A DNA stretch of 64,000 bases from a virus, in the IMG/VR virus record IMGVR_UViG_3300027801_002517, positions 93,370 through 157,369 of that record; one strand, 5' to 3'. Under the pieces are notes generated by a model. It searched no databases, was not told the DNA's origin, and saw nothing but the letters and a program-made list of their open reading frames with translations. The first letter of the stretch is position 1, and every line of letters starts with the position of its first letter. Below are positions 1 to 10,211 of this stretch, one piece after another. Made by a program: the position numbers and the translations under genes.

Positions 1-95
1 ATTGAAGCAGCTATCATGTCTATTAAAGGCGAATTTATTTGTTTCTCTAAAAGATCCTCATATTTTTGCCAACCAATTTTATTTTTTTTAGACAT
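1..95 (-). CDS. Hypothetical protein, runs off the left window edge (MSKKNKIGWQKYEDLL...)
   Basis: ATG at 95 with upstream AAGGTG; open frame to the edge; abuts the 108..494 gene. Confidence 0.5.
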   Translation of the reverse strand, partial: MSKKNKIGWQKYEDLLEKQINSPLIDMIAAS

Positions 96-107
96 AATAA
101 TCACCTT

Positions 108-494
108 TCATGGTAACATTTCAGAAGGATTTATGTATGGAGTACTATCTGCCTCCTTTCTATCTGTAAGCTCTTGAGCTTCATTTGTTTTGAGATCTAT
201 GTATAATTGTATAAAATCATCGTGTAACTGTTTTAGATCTTGATCTAACAAATTACTTTGAATTAATTCTAAAGTATCCATTTGACCACGAAAAGAACTA
301 ACATAATTAATCAATGTGGCTAATTCAACAGCTTCAAATGGTCTATTTGAATTTTCTAAATCAATAAATAAAGTACCTTGTGTAGTCAGTAGAAAATTAA
401 TATTAATTAGAGGTTTACCGTCTTCTGTATTCTCTTCTATTTGTTCTTCAGACTTTGTGTTATAATTAAAATAATTTTTTATAAATTTAAACAT
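108..494 (-). CDS. Hypothetical protein
   Basis: 128-aa ORF overlapping the stop of the upstream glycosyltransferase. Confidence 0.6.
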   Translation of the reverse strand: MFKFIKNYFNYNTKSEEQIEENTEDGKPLININFLLTTQGTLFIDLENSNRPFEAVELATLINYVSSFRGQMDTLELIQSNLLDQDLKQLHDDFIQLYIDLKTNEAQELTDRKEADSTPYINPSEMLP

Positions 495-1530
495 ACTTTA
501 TAATTTCTTGTGTTGTGTGTGACCAAGTGAATTTTTTAGAAGTTTCTATACCCGTTTGATTAAATGTGCGATGATCAGACAACGCAAAATCTTGCATGTA
601 TTTAGATAATATCTGTATGGTTGAATCTTCTATCTTACCCCAATTACCTTGACCAAAGAACCATTTATCATCAAATGCAGGCTCCATACTACTTATCGGG
701 ATTAAATCAGAGTTTTCTTTAGTACAAAATTCAGTATGAGCTGAATAATCTGTAGTTATAATATGCTTTCCACATGCCATCAACTCCAATACCTCTAAAT
801 TCCATCCTTCTGCCCTAGATGGAAAGACTCCACAATCCACTTCAGCCATAATATTATACACATCTACCTGCGTATTAACCCTTGGTATAAGTTTAACATT
901 AGGGCGATCATATAGATTTCTCCAATAATTCGCCTCATTAAGAGAATTAAAAGGATTCTCACACATCATCCATAATTCAACATTATCTTGATCTATCATA
1001 TCCCAAGCTTTGATTAGGATATCATGACCCTTACGAACTTCCCATTTACCACAGTTAAAGAAGATAGTTTTACTTCTATACTGATCTACTTTGGTTGGGA
1101 CAAATATATCTAAATCTACACCAAGTGGAGCTACACTGACTGGCACAGTGATACCATTCTGCTCCACAATTTCTTTAGCCCACTCTGAACATACTATAAG
1201 ATGATCAACTGAATTTAATTCATTAACTTCTTGATCTGTAAATGTATCCAACTCAAAAATTGGGAATCCAAATGTTTTACCAGTGAGAGCTTCAGGTATT
1301 CTCATATCATGCTGGTGCCAGATCTTTAAGACGGGAGCATCCTCAAAACCTGATTTATTCATATTGTTAGCAAGTTTTTTACATACCTCAAAATCCCCAA
1401 GATTACTACACTGAATTTCTCCAATAGGCCACAATGCTACATCAGCAATTTTATTAAATTCTTTTACAATATTTAATGAAGCAATGCCGTATCCTAATTG
1501 ATTGATAGGCCCGATGATATTTATCTTCAT
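487..1530 (-). CDS. Glycosyltransferase family 4 (GT-B fold)
   Basis: GKWEVRKG and PSRAEGWNLEVLELMACGKHIITT (EX7E) motifs. Confidence 0.9.
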   Translation of the reverse strand: MKINIIGPINQLGYGIASLNIVKEFNKIADVALWPIGEIQCSNLGDFEVCKKLANNMNKSGFEDAPVLKIWHQHDMRIPEALTGKTFGFPIFELDTFTDQEVNELNSVDHLIVCSEWAKEIVEQNGITVPVSVAPLGVDLDIFVPTKVDQYRSKTIFFNCGKWEVRKGHDILIKAWDMIDQDNVELWMMCENPFNSLNEANYWRNLYDRPNVKLIPRVNTQVDVYNIMAEVDCGVFPSRAEGWNLEVLELMACGKHIITTDYSAHTEFCTKENSDLIPISSMEPAFDDKWFFGQGNWGKIEDSTIQILSKYMQDFALSDHRTFNQTGIETSKKFTWSHTTQEIIKYV

Positions 1531-1751
1531 ATATCATTTCCTTATTCGCGTGGCACATCATGACTATAAAATAGCTTATGTCTTTGTGTACCATCAGTCT
1601 TACTAATTATTCTATCGTCTAAATATCCTTCTTGGATCAATTTTTTTGCAATAGTACTCTCAATTTCAGTTAAATCTTCTAAATCTTTTTTATTAAACTG
1701 TAAGGCAATCCATTCTGTTGTTGTATACCAAGTTAACATAAATAATCCCCT

Positions 1752-1997
1752 CTAATTATTATGGAGAGAAACCTCATCAGGTTTGTTTCTGAATCTCTTA
1801 AGTGTCTCCAGCCTATCTTCAGCATCTGCTAAATTTGCCAAGGATTCTTGTAGGTTGTTGTGTAGATCTCCTGTACTATGGTCACCAATACCTGCTGGAT
1901 GATCCAGCAACATATGTAGACTTGCTTCAGCCTTTACTTTGTCAGTAATAGCCTGATGGTACAAAGAATCTAATGCTAATTCACGATAACTACTCAT
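1752..1997 (-). CDS. Small hypothetical phage protein
   Basis: 81-aa ORF coupled to thyX; HPAGIGDHS motif. Confidence 0.6.
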   Translation of the reverse strand: MSSYRELALDSLYHQAITDKVKAEASLHMLLDHPAGIGDHSTGDLHNNLQESLANLADAEDRLETLKRFRNKPDEVSLHNN

Positions 1998-2674
1998 AGT
2001 TCAAATGCCTCCAAGGTTAATTTAAATGGATTTCCCTCTATACTTTTCACTTGCTCCAACATTGTAGCAGCAATCTCGCGAATTTCAAGTTGAGCATCAG
2101 GTTTATTTCGAAGATTTAAGAAATGTGCGAACGATCTCCAGTTGAACATGATATCAGCAGTAATTTGACTGTTGTATGTCTTGAAGAATCTGGCTGATTC
2201 TTTTGCTCTCTTGCGTCCCATCCAAGGTTCGAGGTCTGCTATACATTGATGGTAAAGTTCATTACCTAGATTCGTGTACTTCTCTAAAATGTCCACCCAT
2301 TCATCGTGAGGTTCAGCAAACGCTGTTGGAAAATCATCTGCGATATATGCAGTACATTCAGTCTCACCCCAATCTTCCGGTAGGTAATACTTATCTTCCT
2401 GCAATTCCTTATAACGAGCAGACTCAGCATTGACACTGACTCCCACTCTATGCTTTAAAATCTGAATATGTGAGGCAATATCCGTAGTTACTAAGAAATG
2501 TATAGAAGATTTCTCAAACGGAGTATGATGTCCCGCTTCAGCCAACATAGTAAGGAGCCTACCTATGCGTTTTTCCTTGTCTTCAGTAAATTCTCTGGAA
2601 GTAGAAGTCCAAGCAGAAAGTGCGTGACTTTTATCGCCACCATAATAACCAATCAATTCAACTTCGTTTTTCAT
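1994..2674 (-). CDS. thyX: FAD-dependent thymidylate synthase ThyX
   Basis: HHTPFE, QILKHR..SVNAESARY (RHRX7S variant), NWRSFAHFLNLR, AQLEIR motifs. Confidence 0.93.
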   Translation of the reverse strand: MKNEVELIGYYGGDKSHALSAWTSTSREFTEDKEKRIGRLLTMLAEAGHHTPFEKSSIHFLVTTDIASHIQILKHRVGVSVNAESARYKELQEDKYYLPEDWGETECTAYIADDFPTAFAEPHDEWVDILEKYTNLGNELYHQCIADLEPWMGRKRAKESARFFKTYNSQITADIMFNWRSFAHFLNLRNKPDAQLEIREIAATMLEQVKSIEGNPFKLTLEAFEL

Positions 2675-2690
2675 AACTATCCTTCAATAT

Positions 2691-3641
2691 CTACCAGTTT
2701 TTACAAGACCAATATCGAGCCTTCCACTTTGGACCCGGAGTTTCACATTTGTGTCTTGCCCTAAAGCTTTTTCGTCGTGCAGGATTATCCTTCTTGATCT
2801 CCATATTTGGATCACCAAAGTTTACCTTAACTACATTACCCTTTTCATTCTTAACATAGACTGAAAACTTCTTGGGACCATCTGGAGTTCTAAAAGGTTT
2901 ATTTATCTTGACCTTTCTGCCTTGATATTCCGATGCACGAACTGGGATAAGAGTTCTACCGCCCTTCTTGTAGATACCTTTTCTCTCGTACTCATATACT
3001 TCACCAGTCTTAGGGTCTTTGTATTTAAAGCTACCCTTACTATCTTCTCCTTCATGCTTTTTGTACCAAGTCTGGAATTCTTTCATATTTTTACCGGGCA
3101 TCCATAATGTTTTATTGTCTCCACTCTTGTGAGAATGAACACCAGATAGACCAATCTTTTCAGCCATTTTTTCAGCAGCTTCCTTAGAATCAAATACATA
3201 ATCTTGCATTGGGCCAGCTTTATGTGCTACTGATTCCTGAGCTTTTTTGTAAGATTCTGGATCTGGACGGTCAGGATCTCCGGGTTTAGCTGGCTTATAT
3301 TTCTTACCTTCACGTTCCTTCTTCTTACGGATATTTTCCCATAATCCCGGTCTATCGGCTGCAATATCCCATTCTTCAATATCTTCATCCGCCTCAATAT
3401 AATCATTTTCTTCTGGGACTACAAAATTATCTTCATTGATTTCTTCTTCAAAACCATAAGCTTCATATGAGAAACTAAAGTCAGCGGCTTCCATATAATC
3501 AAGAGATTCAGCGGCTTTACTTAAGCAAACAGCAGTTCTTTGTTTATTAGATGGATATTCTTCTTTTAACTGGTTATCACTCATACATCGTGACATAAAG
3601 TCATTGGGTTTTTCACCTTCTTTTTTACTTGGGATTGGCAT
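2691..3641 (-). CDS. Mosaic hypothetical phage protein with basic C-terminal domain
   Basis: C-terminal KKFSVYV...VNFGDPNM...RRKSFRARHKC...ARYWSC module; several short modules upstream. Confidence 0.65.
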   Translation of the reverse strand: MPIPSKKEGEKPNDFMSRCMSDNQLKEEYPSNKQRTAVCLSKAAESLDYMEAADFSFSYEAYGFEEEINEDNFVVPEENDYIEADEDIEEWDIAADRPGLWENIRKKKEREGKKYKPAKPGDPDRPDPESYKKAQESVAHKAGPMQDYVFDSKEAAEKMAEKIGLSGVHSHKSGDNKTLWMPGKNMKEFQTWYKKHEGEDSKGSFKYKDPKTGEVYEYERKGIYKKGGRTLIPVRASEYQGRKVKINKPFRTPDGPKKFSVYVKNEKGNVVKVNFGDPNMEIKKDNPARRKSFRARHKCETPGPKWKARYWSCKNW

Positions 3642-4050
3642 AAATAACTCCTAAAAAATGTTCTATAGATGTTATAGTGTGATTATTGAATATATCGTTA
3701 ACAAGTTTTTTCGCTTGTGTCTTTTTTTCTCCAAGGGAGGTTAAAGTTAAAATACAATCTTGTTGCAATTTAGAAGGTTGTTTTTTCTTCGTAACCTTCT
3801 TTTTAACTTTTTTCTTCTTGGGAGCAGCCTTATACTTAGGTTTAGGCTTAAGCTTAGGTTTAGGTTCAATATCTGTGACGACAACAGGGCTTTGAGGTAC
3901 TTCAGTTTCAAATTCTGCAATTTTTATTTCGCTAAAATTTGGAAGCCTAATAGATAGTACACCAAAACCATACAAAACACTTAAAATCATACAACCAACC
4001 GCAAAAATGATGGAGGTTTGATCAACTACTTCATCCCAATGCGTTATCAT
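3625..4050 (-). CDS. Membrane-anchored Lys-rich hypothetical protein
   Basis: N-terminal hydrophobic helix, PK/K-rich linker, small helical C-terminal domain. Confidence 0.6.
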   Translation of the reverse strand: MITHWDEVVDQTSIIFAVGCMILSVLYGFGVLSIRLPNFSEIKIAEFETEVPQSPVVVTDIEPKPKLKPKPKYKAAPKKKKVKKKVTKKKQPSKLQQDCILTLTSLGEKKTQAKKLVNDIFNNHTITSIEHFLGVIYANPK

Positions 4051-4061
4051 TTTTATATCCT

Positions 4062-4088
4062 AAAAGCCGGTTTTGGTGAGATCCGGCA
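4062..4088 (-). terminator. Probable intrinsic terminator after ssb
   Basis: GCCGG stem / CCGGC followed by TTTT on the minus strand. Confidence 0.5.
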
Positions 4089-4102
4089 ACTCATGTGAAA
4101 AT

Positions 4103-4420
4103 TTAATTAGGGCTTGGGCCTAAAGAAATCTTATCAGCAAAAATACTGCATGAGGTACGCATGTTGCTTTCGCTATCTTCATATTCTTCCACCTTAAGAG
4201 GACCAAGAACTGAAACAATACGACCCTTAGTCAGCTTATCATTCAGATTCTCTGCCATCTTACCAAAACACAACACATTTAGGAAGGTGGTTTCTTCCTC
4301 TTGTCCACGATAGCTATTAATAGCTATTCGAAATTTGGACATTGCAACACCCTTTTGAGTCTGAGAATACTCAGCGTCACGGGTCAACCGTCCACAACCA
4401 TTAAAACAATTTACATTCAT
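4103..4420 (-). CDS. ssb: Single-stranded DNA-binding protein (OB fold, no acidic tail)
   Basis: GRLTRDAE, FRIAIN, ETTFLNVLCFGKMAE, LTKGRIVSV motifs. Confidence 0.9.
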   Translation of the reverse strand: MNVNCFNGCGRLTRDAEYSQTQKGVAMSKFRIAINSYRGQEEETTFLNVLCFGKMAENLNDKLTKGRIVSVLGPLKVEEYEDSESNMRTSCSIFADKISLGPSPN

Positions 4421-4440
4421 TCCTAGCTCTCCTAATCAAT

Positions 4441-5005
4441 CTAGCGGCTATTAACATTCGACAAGATTCTACCACGGACAACCTGAGCATTACCACGATT
4501 GGTACGGCTATGCGTTGCATCATACACATGCTGAGTAAAACTTCGAGGAAGACCAAGTGCTGAACCAGCCTTCATGGTTTCCTTCTTGTTATTACTGAAA
4601 GTCCCAAGACCCTTCTTGTGAGCTACAGCAGTAACAGGATTAAAAGTTTCACCCCTATCATTACCACGAGTTTTCGTAGCAGTAATAGTTGAATCTTCCA
4701 TACCCCAACGATAACACTGAGGAAGATTGTTCAGTGTTTCATAAAAATCGCTTCTATCCATCTTAACTCTCCTAACAAAAAACATTAAAAACAAACTCCC
4801 ACAGTGGGAATTATCATTCAGACTCAGCACCTTCAACTACCTCCTCATTTGTTTGGTCAGCTTGCAAGGTCTGCAATCCTTCATTTAAGTATTCAACCAT
4901 TCTTTCTTTTTCTGAATTCAATTCAGCAATCTTCTGGTCAATTACTTGAACTTCTCTTTGCACATTCAACAGGTGGGCTTCCGCCATTTCTCGTTCGCTT
5001 GGCAT
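4441..5005 (-). other. Two hypothetical genes (4441..4836 and 4814..5005)
   Basis: Co-oriented ORFs with GGAG RBS, downstream of the promoter at 5034-5062. Confidence 0.6.
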
Positions 5006-5033
5006 TTCTTCTCCTTAGTGAGGTAGTATACTA

Positions 5034-5062
5034 ATTATAGCACACTGGAACAATAAAGTTAA
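5034..5062 (-). promoter_or_regulatory. sigma70-type promoter
   Basis: TTAACT-N17-TATAAT with TG extended -10. Confidence 0.6.
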
Positions 5063-5113
5063 GTACTTTATTTAAGATTATTTGTAATTTGATAAAATAT
5101 TCAACCATTGTGG

Positions 5114-5551
5114 TTAGGGTGATACATCATATTCTATGACATACACTTCTGCTTCTTCAAACATCTTGCGAGATATCTCAAAGTCTTCCTGCCATCTCTT
5201 GTTATCTGATTTAAAAGAAATCACCCTACTGATGCCAGATTGAATAATCATACCAGCACATACAGAACAAGGCAAGAAAGGATAAGTATAAATATGACAA
5301 TGTTTAACATCTGTATTAGCAAAAAGCAAGGCATTTCTTTCCGCATGTACAATCATTTTGTATTTTTCTTCTCGATCATCCAACCTTTCGTCGTCTGCTA
5401 CGCCTTTTGGGAAACCATTGTATCCCACAGATACAACACGTTTATCATCATCCACAATTATAGCACCAACTTTAGTCGAAGGATCTTTAGACCAAGTAGA
5501 AGCATTCTGAGCCATTTCTAAGAATCTCATATCCCATCTCTTAAGAATCAT
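5114..5551 (-). CDS. dCMP deaminase
   Basis: SKDPSTKVGA, GYNG, HAERNA and PCSVC Zn-binding motifs. Confidence 0.93.
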   Translation of the reverse strand: MILKRWDMRFLEMAQNASTWSKDPSTKVGAIIVDDDKRVVSVGYNGFPKGVADDERLDDREEKYKMIVHAERNALLFANTDVKHCHIYTYPFLPCSVCAGMIIQSGISRVISFKSDNKRWQEDFEISRKMFEEAEVYVIEYDVSP

Positions 5552-6051
5552 AGTTTAAATTCCTTGAGAACTTTATCAATTTTCTTAAGCTCATCTTGTG
5601 ACTCTCTTTGCATTTTTGCAGCATTGTTAATCAGAACACTGGATGACTCCGCCTTGCTTCCACCAACATTATACTCACTGGTTAACTGATGATTATTTTT
5701 AGAACAAAATTTTTCTTCTGGAGTATTGCTATCACCTCTGTCTCCACCATTACAAAACATGAAATGATTTCTACCATTTGCTTGATTTTGAATTATAACA
5801 TGCTTCAATGTTTCTAAAACACTGGAATCTTTATCACGAGATAAAACAACTTTATCAACACATCGTAAAGCAGAAACAATTCTAATTCTATCTTCTTCAC
5901 TCATAAATGGGGTGCTACGCTTGACTGCAACCTGATGATCATTATTTATAATAACAATTAACTTATCGGCTATTTTTTTCGCTGCCTCCATGTAATCTAA
6001 ATGACCAACATGTAAAGGATTAAAATACCCAGATATAATTGCTATTTTCAT
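5548..6051 (-). CDS. Cytidylyltransferase-like (HIGH superfamily; TagD/RfaE-II-like)
   Basis: SGYFNPLHVGH, NGGDR, SSS motifs. Confidence 0.88.
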   Translation of the reverse strand: MKIAIISGYFNPLHVGHLDYMEAAKKIADKLIVIINNDHQVAVKRSTPFMSEEDRIRIVSALRCVDKVVLSRDKDSSVLETLKHVIIQNQANGRNHFMFCNGGDRGDSNTPEEKFCSKNNHQLTSEYNVGGSKAESSSVLINNAAKMQRESQDELKKIDKVLKEFKL

Positions 6052-6686
6052 TTTTTCTTCTTTCTTTTACCAGATTGTTCAATCTTACCAATGAAACAAT
6101 AGTAACATAAAGGCTCAGGTAAGAAATCGAAAACTCTTTTAAAATGTCTTACAGTACCATTCCTATCTCTTAGCATATAATGTTCTACTTCTCTACCTTT
6201 AGCACCTAATTCAGAACCATGAGTAAAAATTTCTCCACCGTATCGAAGCTTAAGAATAAAAGCCCAACAATAACAATTCCCAACGCAGTACATCCTATGT
6301 ATCTCCATCCAAATATTCGTAGAATCGATCCATGAGTCTATCGTAAGTATTAGAGTTCCTCAAGCTCCCTGCTATAGTCTTGTAAAGTTTCTTAGGGAAT
6401 AAGATCATACCATGTTGCTCAAACTTGTCAATAGGTATTTGCTTTATTTCTTGAGAATCTTTACACACAACCATCTTTTTGATTTTTGGTTTTAGCTGAA
6501 CTGTCCAATCTTCAATGCTAACCTTAAATCCTTTAGCCATACACTCCCCTGTTAACCATATAAATAAGTAATTACCAATGCAATTCCACAAATAATAAAA
6601 GTAAATGTGATACCAATCCCCAACCCAAATATCATCATCATAATATATTGATCAAGTATTCTTTGTATCTTTTCTGGCTTTGGCAT
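6048..6686 (-). other. Three small hypothetical genes downstream of the tmRNA (the most upstream probably starts MPKPEK at about 6686 and has one TM helix)
   Basis: Overlapping co-oriented ORFs; the track ORF start at 6764 lies inside the tmRNA. Confidence 0.5.
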
Positions 6687-6705
6687 ATTAGGCTCCCGTA
6701 AAGAG

Positions 6706-6972
6706 TGGAGATGGGGGGAATCGAACCCCCGTCCTGTATAACCACAAATAATAATCTCATTCACATGTTTAGCCTCTAAGAGGCGATCTCAGCTTATACG
6801 ACAGTATATCCAGCTTGGGTTTACAGGGTGCTAGACAACCCCTACTGCTACGCAGCGAGTGCAAAACTAGTAGTTTTAGCATCTATTGTTTAGTCAGCTT
6901 TTTACGAGGCCCACTGACCAACCTCGACATGCGATCATTACCATTAATTATCAGTCAATTCCAGTCATCCCC
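6706..6972 (-). ncRNA. ssrA: tmRNA (SsrA), tag peptide (A)AKTTSFALAA
   Basis: Acceptor GGGGATG/CATCTCC-A with G3:U70; T-arm GGGGTTCGATTCCCC; PK1 CGAGG..GGTCAG..CCTCG..CTGACT; tag ORF 6880-6848 ending LAA-stop. Confidence 0.96.
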
Positions 6973-6973
6973 A

Positions 6974-7591
6974 TTATAATTGTTCTTGTTTAAACCATAA
7001 ATCAAAATCTTGTTGTTTTAAAATGATTCCGGGTTTTCCTCCCATATATGGAATCTTCTGGATATTTCCCATATCCATATTTGTCTGTAGGAATACATCT
7101 ACTGTATCAGGCCACATAATTCCCCATTTTAGTTGATTCGCTTTTGATTCAATCAACTCAATATAGTTTTCTAAATTATAATCTTTTGGTTTTTTAAGGT
7201 TTGTACCACAATTGACAGAATTATAAATAAAGAGAATAGCGGCATCTTCTTTAATGTATGCTTTTAGGTCATTAACCTTGAGCGTAAATTTCCCTGCCGT
7301 TGGAACCCACTTCATTTCTAAGGGTAAGTCTTTAACAGCAACGCGATTGAAATGATGAACCGCCAAATCGATATCAACCATGAAGTCAGCACCAGCAGTA
7401 TTGGTGCCTGTCTCTACATATTCACCATCATTACCGATACCATTATCTCTTACGTTAGATAATACAATATCATTGCGACTATTGCAAATAGAAACCCATT
7501 TATCGAAGAAATATTTTTCAACCATTGTACCAAACTTGATGTCCTTTTTGAAGGTACTCTTGGTTCTGTTATCAAATCTTTTATCTGTCAT
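6974..7591 (-). CDS. Putative PD-(D/E)XK-like nuclease or hypothetical
   Basis: G..E, ADF, LEMK pattern; likely start MTDKRF at 7591, just past the terminator. Confidence 0.45.
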   Translation of the reverse strand: MTDKRFDNRTKSTFKKDIKFGTMVEKYFFDKWVSICNSRNDIVLSNVRDNGIGNDGEYVETGTNTAGADFMVDIDLAVHHFNRVAVKDLPLEMKWVPTAGKFTLKVNDLKAYIKEDAAILFIYNSVNCGTNLKKPKDYNLENYIELIESKANQLKWGIMWPDTVDVFLQTNMDMGNIQKIPYMGGKPGIILKQQDFDLWFKQEQL

Positions 7592-7595
7592 AATC

Positions 7596-7618
7596 AAAAG
7601 CCGGGCCGAAGCCCGGCT
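7596..7618 (-). terminator. Intrinsic terminator
   Basis: AGCCGGGC-TTCG-GCCCGGCT followed by TTT. Confidence 0.8.
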
Positions 7619-7630
7619 CAACTCCTTTAA

Positions 7631-7981
7631 CTATCTAATACGGCGATAAAAACCAGGACGATAATACCAACGAGGTCGTCGGTATTCATAAGTACGAGGC
7701 TCTGGGAGACAAATGGGAGTCTTGAATGGAGCTGCTACAGCAGAACCGATTCCATGTACTATACCTGAAGTAGTATTGTACACATAATCTCCTGTCGCCC
7801 TAAAGATATCGCATGGAGCAATACAATGGAATCTCCTAACTCGTGGTCCACAACAATCCGTTGGTGCAGCAATTTCTGTAAATGCAGGATCTGGATATGG
7901 CTCTAGAGTCGGCTCTGCCGATTCTCCCGCCATAACTGATGACCCCACAACACAACACAACGCGAAAATACAGTTTCTCAT
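7631..7981 (-). CDS. Secreted Cys/Pro/Arg/Tyr-rich hypothetical protein
   Basis: Signal-peptide-like N-terminus; DCCGP and RWYYRPG segments. Confidence 0.6.
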   Translation of the reverse strand: MRNCIFALCCVVGSSVMAGESAEPTLEPYPDPAFTEIAAPTDCCGPRVRRFHCIAPCDIFRATGDYVYNTTSGIVHGIGSAVAAPFKTPICLPEPRTYEYRRPRWYYRPGFYRRIR

Positions 7982-8452
7982 TTACTTACCTTTCTTGGTC
8001 TTAGTAGCGAAACCTTCCTGTACCATAACTTCTGATACATTTTCTAATTTACCATCCCCATCCAGATCTTTCCAAAGGAAAGCAAGAACCCGTCCAAAGG
8101 TAAAGGAATCTTGAATTCTCTCTGTCATAGGAATTTCTATAATTATTTTATCGTCTTCGGCGAGCAAAGACTTTAGATATTCTTTAGATTTTAAACCAAG
8201 TTCCTTTTCTTCTATATCCTTGGTGCGTACCTCTGGTGCCCAACAGTCAAGCATTCGTACACGGATTTGTTTTTGAATACTAACCACTACTGTATCACCA
8301 TCATAAACTTCTTCAACTACAGCACTTGTAGTTAAATTTTGTTCAGGTTGATTACTCGCAGCAGCTATAACCCAAAATAAATTAGTTGCTACTAATGTAA
8401 TTAATATACTTAATTGATTTTTTCTATCAAAGAATTTTTTCATGATGTCCAA
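7982..8452 (-). CDS. Thermonuclease (SNase family) with N-terminal anchor
   Basis: VYDGDT, RVRMLDCWAPE, FGRVLA, MVQEGFA motifs. Confidence 0.9.
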   Translation of the reverse strand: MDIMKKFFDRKNQLSILITLVATNLFWVIAAASNQPEQNLTTSAVVEEVYDGDTVVVSIQKQIRVRMLDCWAPEVRTKDIEEKELGLKSKEYLKSLLAEDDKIIIEIPMTERIQDSFTFGRVLAFLWKDLDGDGKLENVSEVMVQEGFATKTKKGK

Positions 8453-8826
8453 TACTGATAATAAAAGTCTATAACTGATTTAAATATATTTGCTCGAAAG
8501 CCTCCTGCAGATGGACCCCCTGAATATGTTATATAGTAAAAGAGCCATAACTGAAAAAAGAAAATAAAAGGTATAACTACCCTGAATTTATTTTTGACCA
8601 AAAAACACATTAATAATACAGATAATAGCGTACCAATCATTTTAGCCTTGATGAAGCTATAAACACCATAATTATTGATTATATACAATCCCATAGGATT
8701 TTGTTCTGATTCAGGTAGTAACTCTGCGTGGATAAGACTTAAAGTATTATCATAAGCTGAAATTATACCTATAGCTAATATCATACTCAAATATACCAAC
8801 TTGGTGCTGGTATCGTTAGTATTCAT
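8440..8826 (-). CDS. Multi-TM membrane protein
   Basis: Three hydrophobic segments; D..EQNPMG motif. Confidence 0.6.
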   Translation of the reverse strand: MNTNDTSTKLVYLSMILAIGIISAYDNTLSLIHAELLPESEQNPMGLYIINNYGVYSFIKAKMIGTLLSVLLMCFLVKNKFRVVIPFIFFFQLWLFYYITYSGGPSAGGFRANIFKSVIDFYYQYWTS

Positions 8827-8874
8827 TATGTACCCCCAAGTGTTAAAAAATGATTTACACTTGGTTTATACACT

Positions 8875-9108
8875 TCATTCATCTTCCCAATCAAACTCTG
8901 CGAGCTGTTCATTACTAGCATTATATGTTTCAATAACATTAAAATCCTCTTCCTCCCACCACGATGTGTGTTCAGGATAGTAGTCCTCTGTGAGATCAAA
9001 ATCCTCAATCAACCCTTGTGGTTGGGGGAGTACAAACTTGCCCACTACGACATGAGAATCATTAATTGCATTAAAAGACATAAGTAAAAACTCTTCCTGT
9101 AAATTCAT
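8875..9108 (-). CDS. Acidic hypothetical protein
   Basis: ORF directly after tRNA-Arg. Confidence 0.5.
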   Translation of the reverse strand: MNLQEEFLLMSFNAINDSHVVVGKFVLPQPQGLIEDFDLTEDYYPEHTSWWEEEDFNVIETYNASNEQLAEFDWEDE

Positions 9109-9125
9109 TATAAAACCTAAAACAA

Positions 9126-9197
9126 TGGGAATGCCCAGATTCGAACTGGAATCAAATGTTTAGAAGACATTTATGTTATCCGTTACACTACATTCCC
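9126..9197 (-). tRNA. tRNA-Arg(TCT), CCA not encoded
   Basis: GGGAATG/CATTCCC acceptor, AATGT-CTTCTAA-ACATT anticodon arm, TTCGAAT T-loop. Confidence 0.9.
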
Positions 9198-9236
9198 CAA
9201 TTAATATTATAGTTGAGTCATTGGTAATGTGAAGGG

Positions 9237-10211
9237 TTATTCTGAAAAATCTCCATAAAATGTGGTAACATTTTTTTGCCAATATTGATTTAAACCAGTT
9301 ACATCACGGGAATCATCTAAGGGACAGTAAACATTCCCTAAAAAATTAATATATTCCTGAATATCTTCAGTGTCTCCACCGTGTTGTTCATATCTATCCC
9401 AGTTTTTCTGTACAGTGGCGGCACACCAACCAGCCTGAGATCTATATGTAGGATCTACATCGGGATGTAAAATACCATACTCTCTACCTTCAGCACCATT
9501 TTCTGCATACCTAATAGCCGCCACAAGAGGTGCTAATTTAGTATGGAGATCTGGTCTAATATTTGATTCAATAGCTTCACAGAAATCTCCTAAGCCATCT
9601 GTGCCATCCTTGTCTTGCAATTTTTGTTCAAATGTTACTAATATTGAATTTGGACTAGGAAGTTTTACTTTAGGTTTATCTTCTGTGCCTTCATCTTCAT
9701 CTGCATATCTCATCTTCAGTAATGTATATTTTAACTTGTCGTGCTGAATTGTTAGACCATAAGTAAGTCTTTTAATCTGCGTGGCAATTTCTTTTGCATC
9801 ATAAATAGCATCTGATATTTGATATACTGTATCCTCATCAGGTAAATCTATCCAATCAGGATTTTTTTCTCTTTCAAGAGGCCAAAGGGAAGTACACTCA
9901 GGACAAAGAAATCCCTGTTTGTCATCTGAGTTATGACTGTCTTGATAGTGGGTAAATCTCATAAGCAAATCTGAATTATAAAAAATCACATTAGTGGCAT
10001 TTTCAAGTTCTTTATAGATCTGTTCATTACCATCGTGTAAGGATTGCTGGTTAACATACCTGTCATCACATCTTTGTAAAAAGAGATAGAGATTTACAAG
10101 GATCATAATCAATAATGATAACTGCAAACATCTAAATTCAACTTTATGTCGGCCTGTTTTAGTTTCTTGTTCTTTAGTCATAATTCCTCTTTCTATATAA
10201 TTATCGTCCAT
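9237..10211 (-). CDS. Membrane-anchored protein with possible C-terminal lysozyme/SLT-like domain
   Basis: N-terminal TM; LVAAIRYAENG...EYGIL resembles a transglycosylase catalytic Glu motif. Confidence 0.5.
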   Translation of the reverse strand: MDDNYIERGIMTKEQETKTGRHKVEFRCLQLSLLIMILVNLYLFLQRCDDRYVNQQSLHDGNEQIYKELENATNVIFYNSDLLMRFTHYQDSHNSDDKQGFLCPECTSLWPLEREKNPDWIDLPDEDTVYQISDAIYDAKEIATQIKRLTYGLTIQHDKLKYTLLKMRYADEDEGTEDKPKVKLPSPNSILVTFEQKLQDKDGTDGLGDFCEAIESNIRPDLHTKLAPLVAAIRYAENGAEGREYGILHPDVDPTYRSQAGWCAATVQKNWDRYEQHGGDTEDIQEYINFLGNVYCPLDDSRDVTGLNQYWQKNVTTFYGDFSE

